The notes below the pieces were generated by a model that was given only the letters and a program-made list of their open reading frames with translations, made no database searches and was not told where the DNA came from. From NCBI RefSeq assembly GCF_000143415.4, contig NW_003314308.1, forward strand, positions 881,769-945,768: a stretch of 64,000 nucleotides of DNA, in the 5' to 3' direction. This document shows positions 20,342 through 33,789 of this stretch, one piece after another. Source of the DNA: Selaginella moellendorffii (Eukaryota > Plantae > Lycopodiophyta). Position numbers and translations under genes: made by a program. Position 1 is the stretch's first letter; the number at the start of each line of letters is the position of its first letter.

Positions 20342-23300
20342 TGTGAGACACAAAATCCCTAGGCCCCAAAGTGGAGCCGGAAGGTGGGGAGAGGGGGAGG
20401 ACTGCAATGGAGCCAGTTTGGCCAGGAAAGGCCAGTTTGGCCCAGGAAGGCCAAACCCAGTGTTGGGTGATGAACTGACCACTAGGAAGTCCAAGACTAG
20501 AGTGAATACGGACTGACAAGCGGGGTAGCTTGGTGAAGTGTTCAAGAGCCGGCTCTAGTTCCCCCGAGAGATCGACTGGCCGATGCTCCCAGTCCAAGTG
20601 TGGGTGGCACTACCTACTTGGATACCAGGCGTGGCTCAACGGAACCTCGCTCTAAGCCCATGGCTAGAGCACCTAAAGGCGGAAGGTGGGGAGAGTATCC
20701 ACGGGGCTTGTGTAGGCCCATGGTGTTCCGAAATGTTGTCCCGAAGTCCCAAATGGGGGAAAGGAGGAGGAACAGTCCTCTAGTGTAGTGACTAAGGATA
20801 CAGTCACTTGGTGAGGAAGTCCCAGAGGACCATGGGACTTAATGGTTGGGCCTGTGGGCCTTGATCTAGTGGCAGTGTTGGCGAACATGGCCATGGACAG
20901 AAAAGGGACTTGGTAGAAACTGACAAAGGGATATTGGGGAAGGCTATTCCCCATGTCTGTGGGCATCCTAAGGATGCTAAGGAGTGCATTTGGGATGACC
21001 ACTCATGGACAAATGGCCCAGTCTTGGAGAGACGGGATTATAATGCAAGTGGTATTGGACCACTAGTGTGGCAAAGGTGAATGGGCATGGCCTTAGCGTA
21101 ACGGGCCGATATGTCAATGGTACCTTTGGGTATCGGTCTTCGGACCGAACACGTGGAACACTTGGACTAAGTGCAAGGGAGGAGTGGTATGGATGCCATT
21201 CTCGGGGCTAGCAAGTCCCAAGTCCTGAATTGGACTTAAGGAGGTTGTGAATGAGACTCCTCCATGTGGTCGAAGGTGTGGTTAAGTGACTAAAGTAGAA
21301 TGAAAAAATTAGTCGCTTACAACTTGGTATCGGAGCTGTTCCTTAGTCTGACTTTTATTGGTGCTCAAGTATATCACCATTGATGTTGGCATCAGAAGGT
21401 CCTAGGAGTGGGCCTATCCTTGAGGAGTAGCATGTCGAGAGGACATGGCTCTCCACTCAAGTTCATGTGTGAACTTGGGCACGGTGTAGTGGATAGGAAA
21501 GGGCCAATAATGGAACGACTTTGGGATCTTGGGAATAGTATAAGATTTCCTTAGAGAGCTGAGGATGTGATCCAGATGAGCATTTGACGCAGCAAAAGGG
21601 CTAACGTAGTTGTGGTAAACAACTATAGTTGGGATCACGGGAAAGATGTAGACTCCAAAATAATAAAGGAGTCACAAGATTACCCTCATATAGTTGAGGC
21701 CAGTGCTCATAACTTTGAGACCGGAATTGATGACCATGGGAGGTCAAATACAGGAGAGGACACAAGTCCTCGAAATGGTATCCAAGGCTACCCTTGATAA
21801 ATGCTGGAACAACCCAAGGAGTTAGGGATGTACTTAGAGGATGAGTTAGTATTCTCATCACATGGACAAGTGGTCCTAAGGGCAAAAGGTTGCCCCAAGG
21901 GAACAAATCAAGTGTCGGAGTAACACTTGCAAAGATGATCTTTGTGAGTAGGACCTGAATACAAGAAGTTGTATTCCAGTGAGCTGGCACCTCAAAGGTA
22001 GGACATCATGGGTCGTCGGATGACAAAGTCCAAAAAGCTGGATGACTCAAATAGAGTCAAGGAATAATCCTGAAGGATTGATGGAAGCATTTGGATTGAG
22101 GTGTGTTGTACCTCACGTAGGATGGGGGGGATTATAGGATCCAAGTATGAGAATAGAGGGTATCTCATCAATGGTAGAATGTGCCATGCTAAAGTTGTGG
22201 GAAAGATGTTCCCCCAAAAAAAAGCAACTTTGGCATAGAGTTGTGTGTGAACACTATGGTGTAGTGCTAATGGATAGTTGGCATGAGGAACAACTATATT
22301 GGTCTTGGCAAAGACCTAGACACTAATAAGTAGTGTCATAAGGATAGACTCGGGGGCCTAATGGTGTGGAGACACCAAATGTGCCAAGGTGTGATACCTT
22401 GAGGTTATGTTGGTGGGTTCATGAGAACCCCTTGCCAAGGGAATCCCAACGGAAATAGGAATGGCATAGCCTAAGCTGGAAGGCATGCGATTGGAGTGTG
22501 GTGACCCAGATAATGGTGGAGGTGTGGAAGCACCAAGCAATGAGTTGTAGGACTTGACAATTATGGGGCAACTAAGCAAGAGGTGCAAAGATAATTGGTT
22601 AAACTGTCAGAAGGTAGCTACCCAAGACTTCTTAATGGCATAAGGAAGTTAGATATACCCTTACGAAGGATAAATTGCTTATGTTGCGATATAATAAGTC
22701 AATGTCATAAAAGGGAATGCTCATTGTTAAACAGGCCATCATTTGGGACACCAAAACACTCTAGGACACTAGGAGGTGGTGATTGATGTTGCAAGGGCAA
22801 TAGATAAGGCCTAAGGGATTAAGTCCCTAGCGAATGATGGGTAGAAGGTGCTATCCAAATGTCCAAGGTTACGGAGACGGGAGAAGACCGTTTACCCAAA
22901 TTGGACAAAGCCAAAAATGGAATTTTGGCAAGGCTAGTGATGGGCATGTAAAGGCCCATAAGCAACAACATTAATCTTAGTGTGTGGGATTATAATGTGA
23001 GCATACCTGAATTGAGGAACCACTCCCTAGGCTATCGAGTAGGTTCATCCTTAAAAATACTTACTAAGGCATGATAGAAAGTGCAAAGCTATCCTCCTAG
23101 TCTGGAGGAGAATGACCGAAGGAAAGGTGTGAAGCCAAAAACAAGTAGTAAAGGGATAGAACCAAACCATAGAAATCGAAGGGTAAAAGCAAAGGTAGTT
23201 ATGCCAGTTGGGAGTGGAGAATCAAGTGGGGGCTCGAGGGTGTTGTTGCTAGCAACCAGGATGCCATGGAGAGTCTAAAATATGGAATTGTCCATACTAG

Positions 23301-25917
23301 ACTATATGGCAACTAAAAAGCTTGCGAAAAGAGAGGCCTTAGCAAGCTAAGGGACAGAGTTCCTTCAAGGTTCCCAAAGACGATTCTAAGTAGCGTAGTA
23401 CCTAAAAAGGCCAAGTGTAAATGGTTCATGGAATGCACGAAACCAAAGTGGCGCAGCAAAAGCGTGGTCTTGAAGCTTGCCATGAGGCAAGGCTATCAAG
23501 GTTAGGGAAGTAGCTCCCGAGTGTTCAAAGAGAGGGCTTTGAACGAAAGTCGATGGTCAAGGACTTTCACGCTTATGCAGGAACCATGTTACGGTGGTCG
23601 GAGGACTTGCCAAGCGAGATTGGCAAGTCGGGGGAATAAATACCCTAGTTGAAGGTGATAACTTCAAAAGGGTGGGCCATGGGGCCAAGCATGGAGGAAT
23701 CCATGCATGATCACAGACGTGTCAAGTGAGAGGACTTAGTAGTGTGGAGGAACTAGGTTCCTAAGTTGTGATTTATAGAGCGTTTTGAGTAAAAGTTGGT
23801 GCACCGGCATGGGGAGTCACGCTAGGTATCTTGGATGATGCCTTCCGTAGATGCATATATAGAGGTTGGGTTCGAGTCCCAACCCTCTAGTGCTTGGGTT
23901 CGAGTCCCAAATCACTAGAGTGTGGTGATGGTTTGGAATATGAGGACATTCATATTTCGATGGTCATGGACTCTCAATGAGGAGATTGGCTTGGGCACAC
24001 CGCCAAACGGGGGATGCCCCGGAGTCATGATGCACGGTTAGATTGCTTAGAGTGAAAGCTCGGCATATCTAACTTGAACACTTTAGTGCAAAGGGCACCA
24101 AGGACGTGGTGAATGAGATGGGGATACCCAGTCTCAGTTGTTATGGATCCTTGGCTGGAAGGGCTAGCTTGGACGCATCGCCAAGTGTGGGGGATGCCCC
24201 CGGGGTCATAGTCAACAACTTAGAAGGGTCTGGAAGACCTAGTTCCTATTGGTAGACCTATTAAAGGGTCAAGATGAGATCACTAGGTAATCTTGTGGCT
24301 AAACAAGGACAAAGTCTTTGTTTGGGTTAAGGAATATGATTCCTAGTTCAAAGTGTTGATTTGAACTATTGATAAAGGTGTGGTTTGGTCAAGGTAACTA
24401 AGTGGGAAGAACTCCTAAGGGAAATGAGCTATGTCAATGCTATGGCATAGTAAGTCCGAGGAAAGTAGTCTCTATAAGAGATCCAAAGGAGGGTCTCAAA
24501 AAGTTGGGCCGTGGATAGAGCCCATAGCAGAAAATGTTAAAAAGACATACTAGGGGTGAACACCCTCTGGACTTGGCAAAGCAAAGTGTTTGCCATGGAA
24601 CCAAAAGGAAACCTAAAAAATAGAGGTAGCAATCCTATGTTGTTGAGTGCAACAATCAAGGATAGGAGCAAAAGACTAGTGGCTAAGAAAAGAGCCATGG
24701 GAATCATGGGAAAAGATCCAAGTGGCAAAGTTAGGCCGAGAACACTAACGTGTTGGGTGCTAACGGATTGTGGGAAAGGCAACGTTTCCTTAAGGATGGA
24801 TTCCTAATCGCTCCGATTTAGCGAAAGTGGATGCTCCAAAAGGGGGAGTGGTAAAGTAGCTAAGTAATAGGGCCGTGGGCAGCCCTAGCACCAATTATGA
24901 TAACTGGAACTTAGTGCCAAATGTGGCACGATATCGAAGAGAGGATGATGGTACCCTCAAGTAAAAAACTTCCTACCATAGGGAAGTGGAGTTGCACCAT
25001 GTGCAACATAAGGTGTCGGAGACACCTAGGAAATTGACTCTGAGAAGTCAAAATTAAAAGTTCCAAGGTGCAAAGGTTAGGTCAATGGAATCTGAGACTA
25101 CTCGAGAATGAGTAATGGAATTGAGTTAGAGAGGGTGTCTCTAATGGGTTTAGCGAGAACTGAACAATTAAAAGGGAGCAAACCACCCCAGGTGGTCGAG
25201 TGAGTCTCTAGGTTGGAGAGACTATGCTCTTTAGAGGATGGACAAGGTATGATGAGCCTTCGGGGTCAAACCATAGACAAATATTGACTGGGTGCCAAGG
25301 ATGGAAATGGTAATATCTGCAGGTGTTACTTTATAAAAGGGTTTACCGTTCGATGAGGACATCGAACTTCGTCTATGGGTGGTGGAGTTGTGAGACACAA
25401 AATCCCTAGGCCCCAAAGTGGAGCCGGAAGGTGGGGAGAGGGGGGGGACTGTAGTGGAGCTAGTTTGGCCAGGAAAGGCCAGTTTGGCCCAGGAAGGCCA
25501 AACCCAGTGTTGGGTGATGAACTGACCACTGGGAAGTCCAAGACTAGAGTGAATACGGACCGACAAGCGGGGTAGCTTGGTGAAGTGTTCAAGAGCCGGC
25601 TCTAGTTCCCCCGGGAGATCAATTGGCCGATGCTCCCAGTCCAAGTGTGGGTGGCACTACCTACTTGGATACCAGGTGTGGCTCAACGGAACCTCGCTCT
25701 AAGCCCATGGCTAGAGCACCTAAAGGCGGAAGGTGGGGAGAGTACCCACGGGGCTCGCGTAGGCCCACGGTGTTCCGAAATGTTGTCCCGAAGTCCCAAA
25801 TGGGGGAAAGGAGGAGGAACAGTCCTCTAGTGTAGTGACTAAGGATACAGTCACTTGGTGAGGAAGTCCCAGAGGACCATGGGACTTAGTGGTTGGGCCT
25901 GTGGGCCTTGATCTAGT
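20342..25917 (+). mobile_element. LTR retroelement without coding capacity (LARD-like or decayed): 5' LTR 20342-21321, internal 4.07 kb, 3' LTR 25389-25917 continued inverted at 28587-29031
   Basis: 980-bp TG...CA LTR, PBS tggtatcggagc at about 21325, PPT before 25389, highly similar LTR copies. The 5-bp TSD reads gtgtc / gtgtg once the inversion is undone. No long internal ORF. Confidence 0.9.
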
Positions 25918-27022
25918 TGAGGACAATGAGAAAATCAATAAAAAGGTTTTCTTTACACAATATTTGTAACCATTTAGTTTTTCTTTCTGTAGGCTTAGAG
26001 TGAATCACATAGCAAAAGAGACATATGGAGAAGAAGCCACCATACCATACCAAAAAATGATAATTATTATGACAAAATGGAGTACAAAATAATGAAGAAA
26101 AGGTAATTTGATAGTGTTCAATTGTAGCTTAGTTGTATATATAGATTAATATTTCCTAGCTTAATTTTACAAATACAAAATGTAATTTTTAGAGCTCTTT
26201 GAAGTGTGTTTTTTCTATTAGAAGTGAACTAAACTATATATTTATTGCTATTGTTTTATAGGCATCCTTGCTAGCAAAGGAAAATATCAAGAAAATAGTA
26301 CTTAATGCAAACCAAAATGTAGAAATAAAAACCTACACTACCACTAGCACAAATGGTAGATGAAGAGTGAATGGCAAATGTGTCTAATAATACATATGGA
26401 AAGAAGGTTTATTACTTCTTATGTTATATGTATTAATTATGACTAACTTCTATGGCTTATAGATTATATCCATGCCGGTAGAAGCCATCATTAACATGGT
26501 TGAAGATGCAGCAGCCACAAATACAATAAGGGACTCTTTGGTTGTATGTATTATTGTATTATGTAATACTTTTATTTAGCTTTATAAGCAACATTGGCAT
26601 AATTACAAGACAATGAAACAGTCTAGCAAATGTTCTTTTGCTAAAAAGATAATGCTTAGAGAGGAGGTTTGCCTAATTTTTAGAGGACCTAAATTATACC
26701 ACTTATCTTTCTCACCTAGAAAACAATATTATATTATGAGGTTCAATTATACATATGCTAATATTAGTATAGTGGGATTTTGATAGTCATTAGATTAGTT
26801 TCAATCTAAACCACTCACTCATGTATAAAAGTTAATTAAATATGCACTTTTTTGTATTCCATTTCTATTTGCATTGTTTAATTTTCTCTTATTCCTAGAA
26901 CTTTTTTATTTTTTCCCTTTTTTTCATTTTTCATTTTATTTATCTTCATGCTATAACAACATACTCCTCCTTTGACTTTAGAGCAACAATTGAGGCAATT
27001 GTTTAATGCTAAATGGCTATAG

Positions 27023-27520
27023 TTGACCAACTACACTCAATTGATAGTAGCATTCATGGCATATAGTGCAACTTTTCTTACTTTTAGTGCTAATCCTCGT
27101 GTTCAGCCAAATTTCTTCCATGGGAATCCTAGGGATAATGTGTACTATTGGTTGCATAACTTTTCAATGATTATTATTTATCATTTTTGGGATGATGCCC
27201 GGTGTCTATACAAATTCCCCACATGTTTGCAATAAACTGTATTACAATGGTATAATGGTTTGGGTGTAACCACTTATGTGGATTAGAGCCTTTTTCAAGT
27301 CATCTTAAAATATGCATTTAGATATGCTAATAACTATGATGATGCCTTCCAACAATTCCATCATCTTTATCATAGGCTATTTGAGTTAGTTATACAATTT
27401 AGTGTTTGCTTTTAGAGTTTCTTGCTTTGTCTAGAGCAAAATATGTCAAAGCAGATCAAATTGGGTCTAATATTTCATCAAGATCTTGTGGAGTTTGTGC
27501 ATGCACTTACCCTAACTACC
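27023..27520 (+). pseudogene. Heavily decayed retrotransposon gag relic
   Basis: PNFFHGNPRDNVYYWLHNF...WDDARCL..FPTCLQ*TVLQWYNGL resembles the Retrotrans_gag P.F.G....V..WL...W......L...A..WY pattern. Confidence 0.55.
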
Positions 27521-28359
27521 TTTGATAATTCTTTAACTTGCACAATACAATGAGATATCACTTCTCCCACTTGTAGTTATACATGCTTTAGCTTTGGTTC
27601 CTATGGGAGATGGTTTTATTCTGATGGAAGTTTGCTGTTGCTGCTCATGTTCAATAACAAAGACAGAGATATGGTTGTGGCCATGATGCTCACTATTGAG
27701 TATGTGATGAGGTTAGCCACACATATTGTACTATCTACATTTTCCCAATTTATATTCTCCATTTCCTAAGTAGAAACCTTGGCATCAGCAACATCTTGTT
27801 AGTGCTATTACGGTGAAAGGTCTTGATATTAAAATTCTTCTAAGAAACAAGGAAGTGCATATGTAGTGGAGGGACCTTGTGTGAATTAGTCCGTAACTCC
27901 TTTATCCTTTAAGAATACTATCAAGGGGTTTATTGGGTACCAATTCATCCAGTGTTTACTTTTCAAGTTTAATTTTATATTATGAGGTTCACTGTTATCT
28001 TCTTTATGTTGGTTGATACAAATTTGAGTTTATCTTCTATTACTCAACTTGTTGCCACATATTGTTATTTATATTTGTGTTATATGATAGAATCAGTTTT
28101 CATTCTCTATAGCAACTACTATACACATGCTTGTGTATAAGATTGAGAAAAACCTAGTTGTGTGGGTGATTTCGAGATTGCATTCCAATCTTTTAGGTGT
28201 TGGTAAGTCAATATTTTGACCTCATCCTTAGTATGGATTAATTGTAGTGCAATCATACTAAATATAACTTTAAGGCTTCTCCCCCTTTTATCATACTCCT
28301 TTATATGTCTTCTATAGCATAGGGTGGTGTTGGACAAGGCATAATCCATCCAGAATGCC

Positions 28360-28586
28360 TGTAAAAAACCAAAGAAACACAATTTGAAAAATGATTTATA
28401 GGAATTCAAATATAAAGGGAAAAGACCTATGAGTAAGAGTGCACCTCTTTTCCAATAGATCAAAGGTCTTGGGATACTTAGGGTTAAATGTCCTTGGGTT
28501 TAAATAATACTAGGCTGGGTGACTTTTCAAGAAGTCCAAATTCAGGAATTTAAAGATCTTGGATTCGGCTGCTAAGGAAATCACAC
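28360..28586 (+). mobile_element. Decayed Cassandra-like LTR (28360-28554) plus start of the internal region; other half of the TRIM at 20233-20341
   Basis: Colinear with 20039-20232, including the 5S-like part. It ends aatcacac at the LTR-element junction. Confidence 0.75.
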
Positions 28587-29031
28587 TGTAAGCGACTAAT
28601 TTTTCCATTCTACTTTAGTCACTTAACCACACCTTCGACCACATGGAAGAGTCTCATTCACAACCTCCTTAAGTCCAATTTAGGACTTGGGACTTGCCAG
28701 CCCCGAGAATGGCATCACTCCTCCCTTGCACTTAGTCCAAGTGCTCCACGTGTCTGGTCCGAAGACCAACACCCAAAGGTACCACTGACATATCGGCCCG
28801 TTACGCTAAGGCTATGCCCATTCACCTTTGCCACACTAGTGGTCCAATACCACTTGCATCATAATCCCGTCTCTCCAAGACTGGGCCATCCGTCCATGAG
28901 TGGTCATCCCAGATCCACTCCTTAGCATCCTTAGGATGCCCACAGACATGGGGAATAGCCTTCCCCAATATCCCTTTGTCAGTTTTTACTAAGTCCCTTT
29001 TCTGTCCATGGCCATGTTCGCCAACACTGCC
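28587..29031 (-). repeat. Distal half of the 3' LTR of the 20342 element, inverted
   Basis: Reverse complement of 20871-21321. It resumes exactly where 25917 stops (ctagt|ggcagt). Confidence 0.93.
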
Positions 29032-31160
29032 TCCTAACAAAAGATGCTGAAAAATAGTAACAAAGAAATACTATGAAAAACTCATTGACTTGCATTAGGG
29101 AGTGGGTTATCTATTGGCTCATCTTCATCTTGAATAGCCCTTCTGCAAAACTTGAGCTGATACATCTCTTAAGAAGTTTAGCTTTTGAGAAACAAAAAAG
29201 AATTCAAAATTAATGTATACTTCTTTCTTCAGTGCTGAGGACAAGTTTGGAATGCCATCCTACATCACAAACCCTTACATTGGCTAACAAATTCAAATTT
29301 ATAAGTGAAATTATCTTCATTCACAGAACTTTGTATAGTCAAGTATGTGTGTTATCATAAGCTTTCTCAACTTTTGTAGTTTCAATGATAATAAGTCATC
29401 ACATCCTTTCTGGTTGAAGATCCTAGAAAAATGTTATTGAACTCTATAAAGTCTTGTTGAAATTAATATGGTTTATACCTAGCTTTTACCTAGAAATGCA
29501 ACACCAACTTCCAATGGCAAAAAGTACTCAAAACATTTCTAGGACAGCAAGAAGTTGTATTATGAGCTATTGGAGGTATTTTCCAATTATCAGGTAGCAT
29601 ATGATAGGCAACTACAACAGAGAACAAGGTTGAGTGAGCGAGTACAAAAAAAAATTCAAAATTAATGTGTACTTCTTTCTTTAGTGCTGAGGACAAGTTT
29701 GAAATGCAATAAGGTTATCTCCTATTTTCAACTCACAAATACAAAAGATATTGTCTACTAAGTTTGTGCCTATATACTAGCTTAATCAGCCTTGTTCTCT
29801 GTTGCAGTTGATCATATGCTACCTGTCATAATACAACTTCTTGCTGGGTAAAGGTTGTAGAAGATCCTAGAAACGCTTTGAGTACTTTTTGCCCCTGAAA
29901 GTTGGTGTTGCACTTCTTGGTTGTTTGGGTGTACTTCATTAGCAAGTGGATGCTATCATCTTCATAGAGTGTTTTTGTCGCACATGGGCCCCCCTTTTGC
30001 CACATACCTACTCCTCTTTGGCTCCTCCACTTCGAGATTATTTAGCATCCTTACTAGCTGGATTGCATTGTCATCCATGTCACATTGTCAAGTTCCAAAA
30101 GTTTCTAGAAAAGCTTTTGCTCTAGATCTTCTAGAGGAAGTCTAGTGACACTTTGACCACTCTCAATATAGTCCCACAATCCCTTGTCAGACAGCCCTTT
30201 CAATCTTGTTAGTCTTGTTAGGGTTATTACTACTAGGTTTTGTCTCTACTCAAATTCAAATGAAAATTATATTAAAAACCATATGATTAGACCAAAAAAC
30301 CTACATTAATTCTGAGCTCAAAAAGGATAAATCCATAGTATTCTATACTCTTGCTTAGTATTCTATACTCATAACTATCTACACTTGAAGCTTGTTCTTT
30401 TTTTTCTCCAAAATCAAGCTCATCTTTTATCCTATCTAAAATTGTGGTCTCTCCAAAGAAACTTTCAATCTTCATTGTTGTATCATTGGACACTTTTTCT
30501 GCTCAATTGCTTTAGGTATAAAGTTGACATCAAGCCACAGTTTGTACCTTGAAAAATTATACATAAAAATATTTTAGAAAATATATAGTTTTTAACATTG
30601 TTTTACCAATTCTGATTGCTTTGCATGTCAAGTACCACCATGGTGGGTGTGATCTGCTATAACATAGAACTAGTATGCTATCTTTGCCACTACTTCTAAC
30701 CTGTCAAAATCGTGTGGATATTGTAGTGGATGTGACAGTTATCTTTAGCAACATAAAACAACATTGCATATGAGAATCCTAAACAAGAGAATTCTAAAAT
30801 TAGATAAAAAAAAAAACCATTTGTAAACACAACTAGTATGTTGGGATGTGTAAGGACATGAGTTGAATCTTCTCTAAATCCTTCATAGCTTGGAGAAGAG
30901 CAAATAATCCTTGCCTAACTTAAAGAGCCAAACATTTTTTGAGGAGTAAGCATAATAGTAAATGAAATAAACTTTAGTCAAAGGAAAATCTCTAACTTCC
31001 TATATTTTATGCTTTTCTGATATTTTTATGAGCTCAACCCCAAAGCATCACAAATTGAACTATCCGTCAGCAGATCTGGTATGAAAAAACGGTAAAAAGT
31101 TATATAAAATTTTAAAATTTCAAAAAAAACTTATTCAGAATTTTTTTTAACCTATATAAA

Positions 31161-31491
31161 ATAAAATTGCTGTGTGTTGCAAACAACACTTGGTTTGCTT
31201 TATCTTATGTATTAATCCAATTAATCAAATGGAAGTTTATAATTTTAAACATGTTCATAATTTATAAACACAAGATTAATCTTATTGAATATCAACCATT
31301 AGATGGTAGAATAAACTACAATATATTAGAAGTGTTTAGAAAAATTTATAAATTATAAAAATGTTTATAAATTATAAATATAAAATTAATCTAAATGAAT
31401 AACAACCGTTATATGGTAGAATATCCTAGAATATCTAAGCATATTCTAGGTATAGTCATTACCATCCCCTACAGATTTGCTTAAGCAAACC
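31161..31491 (-). mobile_element. Helentron/Helitron2-like non-autonomous element (HINE-like), copy 1
   Basis: gatttgcttaagcaaacc at one end, a ggtttgctt subterminal repeat plus a decayed stem-loop at the other, AT-rich body. Confidence 0.6.
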
Positions 31492-32411
31492 AAAAATTAA
31501 AAAACCATATATAGAAGCTATGAGGAGCTGAAATATCAAAGGTGAGGACAACATCAAGAACAAGATCAAGGAGAGGGTGGAGGAGCTTGACGAGGTTGCA
31601 ATGACTCTGGAACCAGAGGAAGAAAAGAAGAAGAAAGAAAAGGCAATGGTAAGAAGTGGAAGAAAGCTACCATAGCTAGTGTCCAGGCAGGCTCCCACAA
31701 GCAATGCCAAGGTGCAAGGAGTGAACAAGAGTAGCAGCAGTGGCAAGCTCAAGATGGGGCATGGAAAGCTAAGCGTGCAGCTCCCGCCTTGTTTGAGGCT
31801 CTATTTCGCAGAGAATGTGGCTGAGAGTAGCCTTGCTTTCAAGACCTCCAATCCATTATCCATGATGGATTGATTGATTATCATGGTGTCAGTCAACGCT
31901 ATCTCATTACTGTTCTAATGAGCTCATTCTAATGAATTCATTGATGTGCGTAAAGAATTAGTGACTATCGTTGACTGCTATGACTACTATAACCTACTAC
32001 TTACGATAAGAAATGTTATTGAAAGTTTATATTTTTAAAAACAGGAAATTAAATGTCCAAAGTGTTTGTTTGAGACTTGCAATATAATCCCCCAATTCAA
32101 TATCTCTCTGTTGTCTTAAAATGAAGGTGTTGTCTTGTTGCCTTGTTTGATACTTTGCAATCATAATCTCCTGGTATCAATGCCTCCAGACTTCTCCATC
32201 TGCTATAATTTCGATTGAATACCACGAACCTGCCTTTGCCTGTTGCGGTTAAAAAAACCGAAGTAATTTGTTTCATGAATCTTCATTCTGTGCCGGCAAC
32301 CTCAAGCGTATCATCAGTCCAAAACGACCGAAAAGCGTACCTCCTTTCGCTCTAAGCTCCGTCGAGCTCAAGCTTAACCTCCGAGGTGCTCGAGGCATGG
32401 AGACTGTTTAC

Positions 32412-33789
32412 CTTGGCATCTGAGTCGTGTACACGAGCAGCCAAATGCGAACCTCCAGAATTGGCCGAGTGATTTGCCTCAACCACGGGCTTCTCCAGAT
32501 TCTCCACCTCACGGATCCTAAAAGTGCTCCATTAGTCACTTGTTCTATCTCTCAAGCATGAAGACTTACCTGTGGGAGTGCTTGTTGCCGGGCCTCCTCA
32601 TCCCAAACCCGGTGATCCTTTGCATGTGCTTCTCCATCTCAGCTCGCTTCTCCGCTGCTGCCGCAAGCCGAACAACGAAAGCATCTCCAGGATCGAACAC
32701 AGTGCCACGATGAGACACTGGATCCAAAGCCTGTTCCTGGGCTCTTCGATCATTGCCGCTCCGACGAGCAGCACTCGACGAGAATGGATCCTCCGGGAGA
32801 GAAGCTCTTGGCACATTCTTGTGCTCGTCGACTCCGTGGATCGCTGCTGGTGGATCTCGTCCCAATGGCGGCGTCAGGCGGTCGTCAACCGAATCGGTAG
32901 CAGCACCATAGATTGGATTCATCTTGAGAAAAGCCGAAGGTGGCAGCCGCCTTGGAGGCCTCGCGAGTGGAGGACTGGCCACCTTTGTGCTGGGTTTTAG
33001 CTGTGACGGTCGAAGGTGCTGCTTGCTCCTCTCTTGAACGAAGGAATTGAGCTTGTCCCGGAGCTCTGCGTCCTCAATCTTGCTCAAGGGAACGAGATAC
33101 TCTCGCTGACTGCCGCTGCTGCTGCTGCCACCGCCAGGAAGATGGCTGCTCTTGACGTAGCACACCAGGATGTCGTTTGCCTTCTTTCTTCATCCCTTCA
33201 CGAGTATCCAGATGCCGGTGATGATGACCACCATAGCAAGCAGGAAAAGGACGATGCCTGCCACAAGCAGCCCCGGTGTCGCAAACGCTGCCGCTGCTGC
33301 TGCTGCTGTTGATGATGACGACCCCAGAGGCGGAGCAATAGACAAGGGGCCAGGCGGAGGCGGCGATGAAAACGTGTGAAAGACAGGCGACCCTGGTTGC
33401 CATGTTATTGTGTCATGAGCGGGCCTTGGCCACCAAGTGGTTGTCCCAGAAGAAGGTGGCGGCCCTGTATGCTCCTTTGCTGGTGGAGGTGGTGGCGGCC
33501 CAAACCTCCTTGGTCGCCAAGTGGTTGTCCCGGAAGAAGGTGGCGGCCCTGCTGGTGCTGGTGGAGGTGCCTGACTGTGGGCGCTGCTGTGAGGTGGCGG
33601 AGCTCCTCTCGCCCTCCTTGGCGATGGTTTGGGGGGCGGCATGCTACCTGGAGGTGGCACTCTCGTTTTGGGCGGTGTCGCGCTCCTGTGCCCTGGACGA
33701 GGCGGATGCACGCTCCTGTGCGCAGCTGGAGGCGGCGCCCGACGAGGCGGAGACGACGGCGGCACACTTCGACGGATGATGCTAGCCAT
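32412..33789 (-). pseudogene. Proline-rich membrane protein gene copy 1: lacks the His-rich repeats and has TGA right after the TM helix
   Basis: Near-identical to 45486-46964, but ORF 33190-33789 stops at WILVKG* and ORF 32566-33165 continues in frame. The HGAAKQH block is absent. Confidence 0.85.

Noticed and set aside
28119-28359. LINE reverse transcriptase fragment (KILTYQHL...QLGFSQSY)
   Set aside because: The resemblance is too short and degenerate to support without a search.
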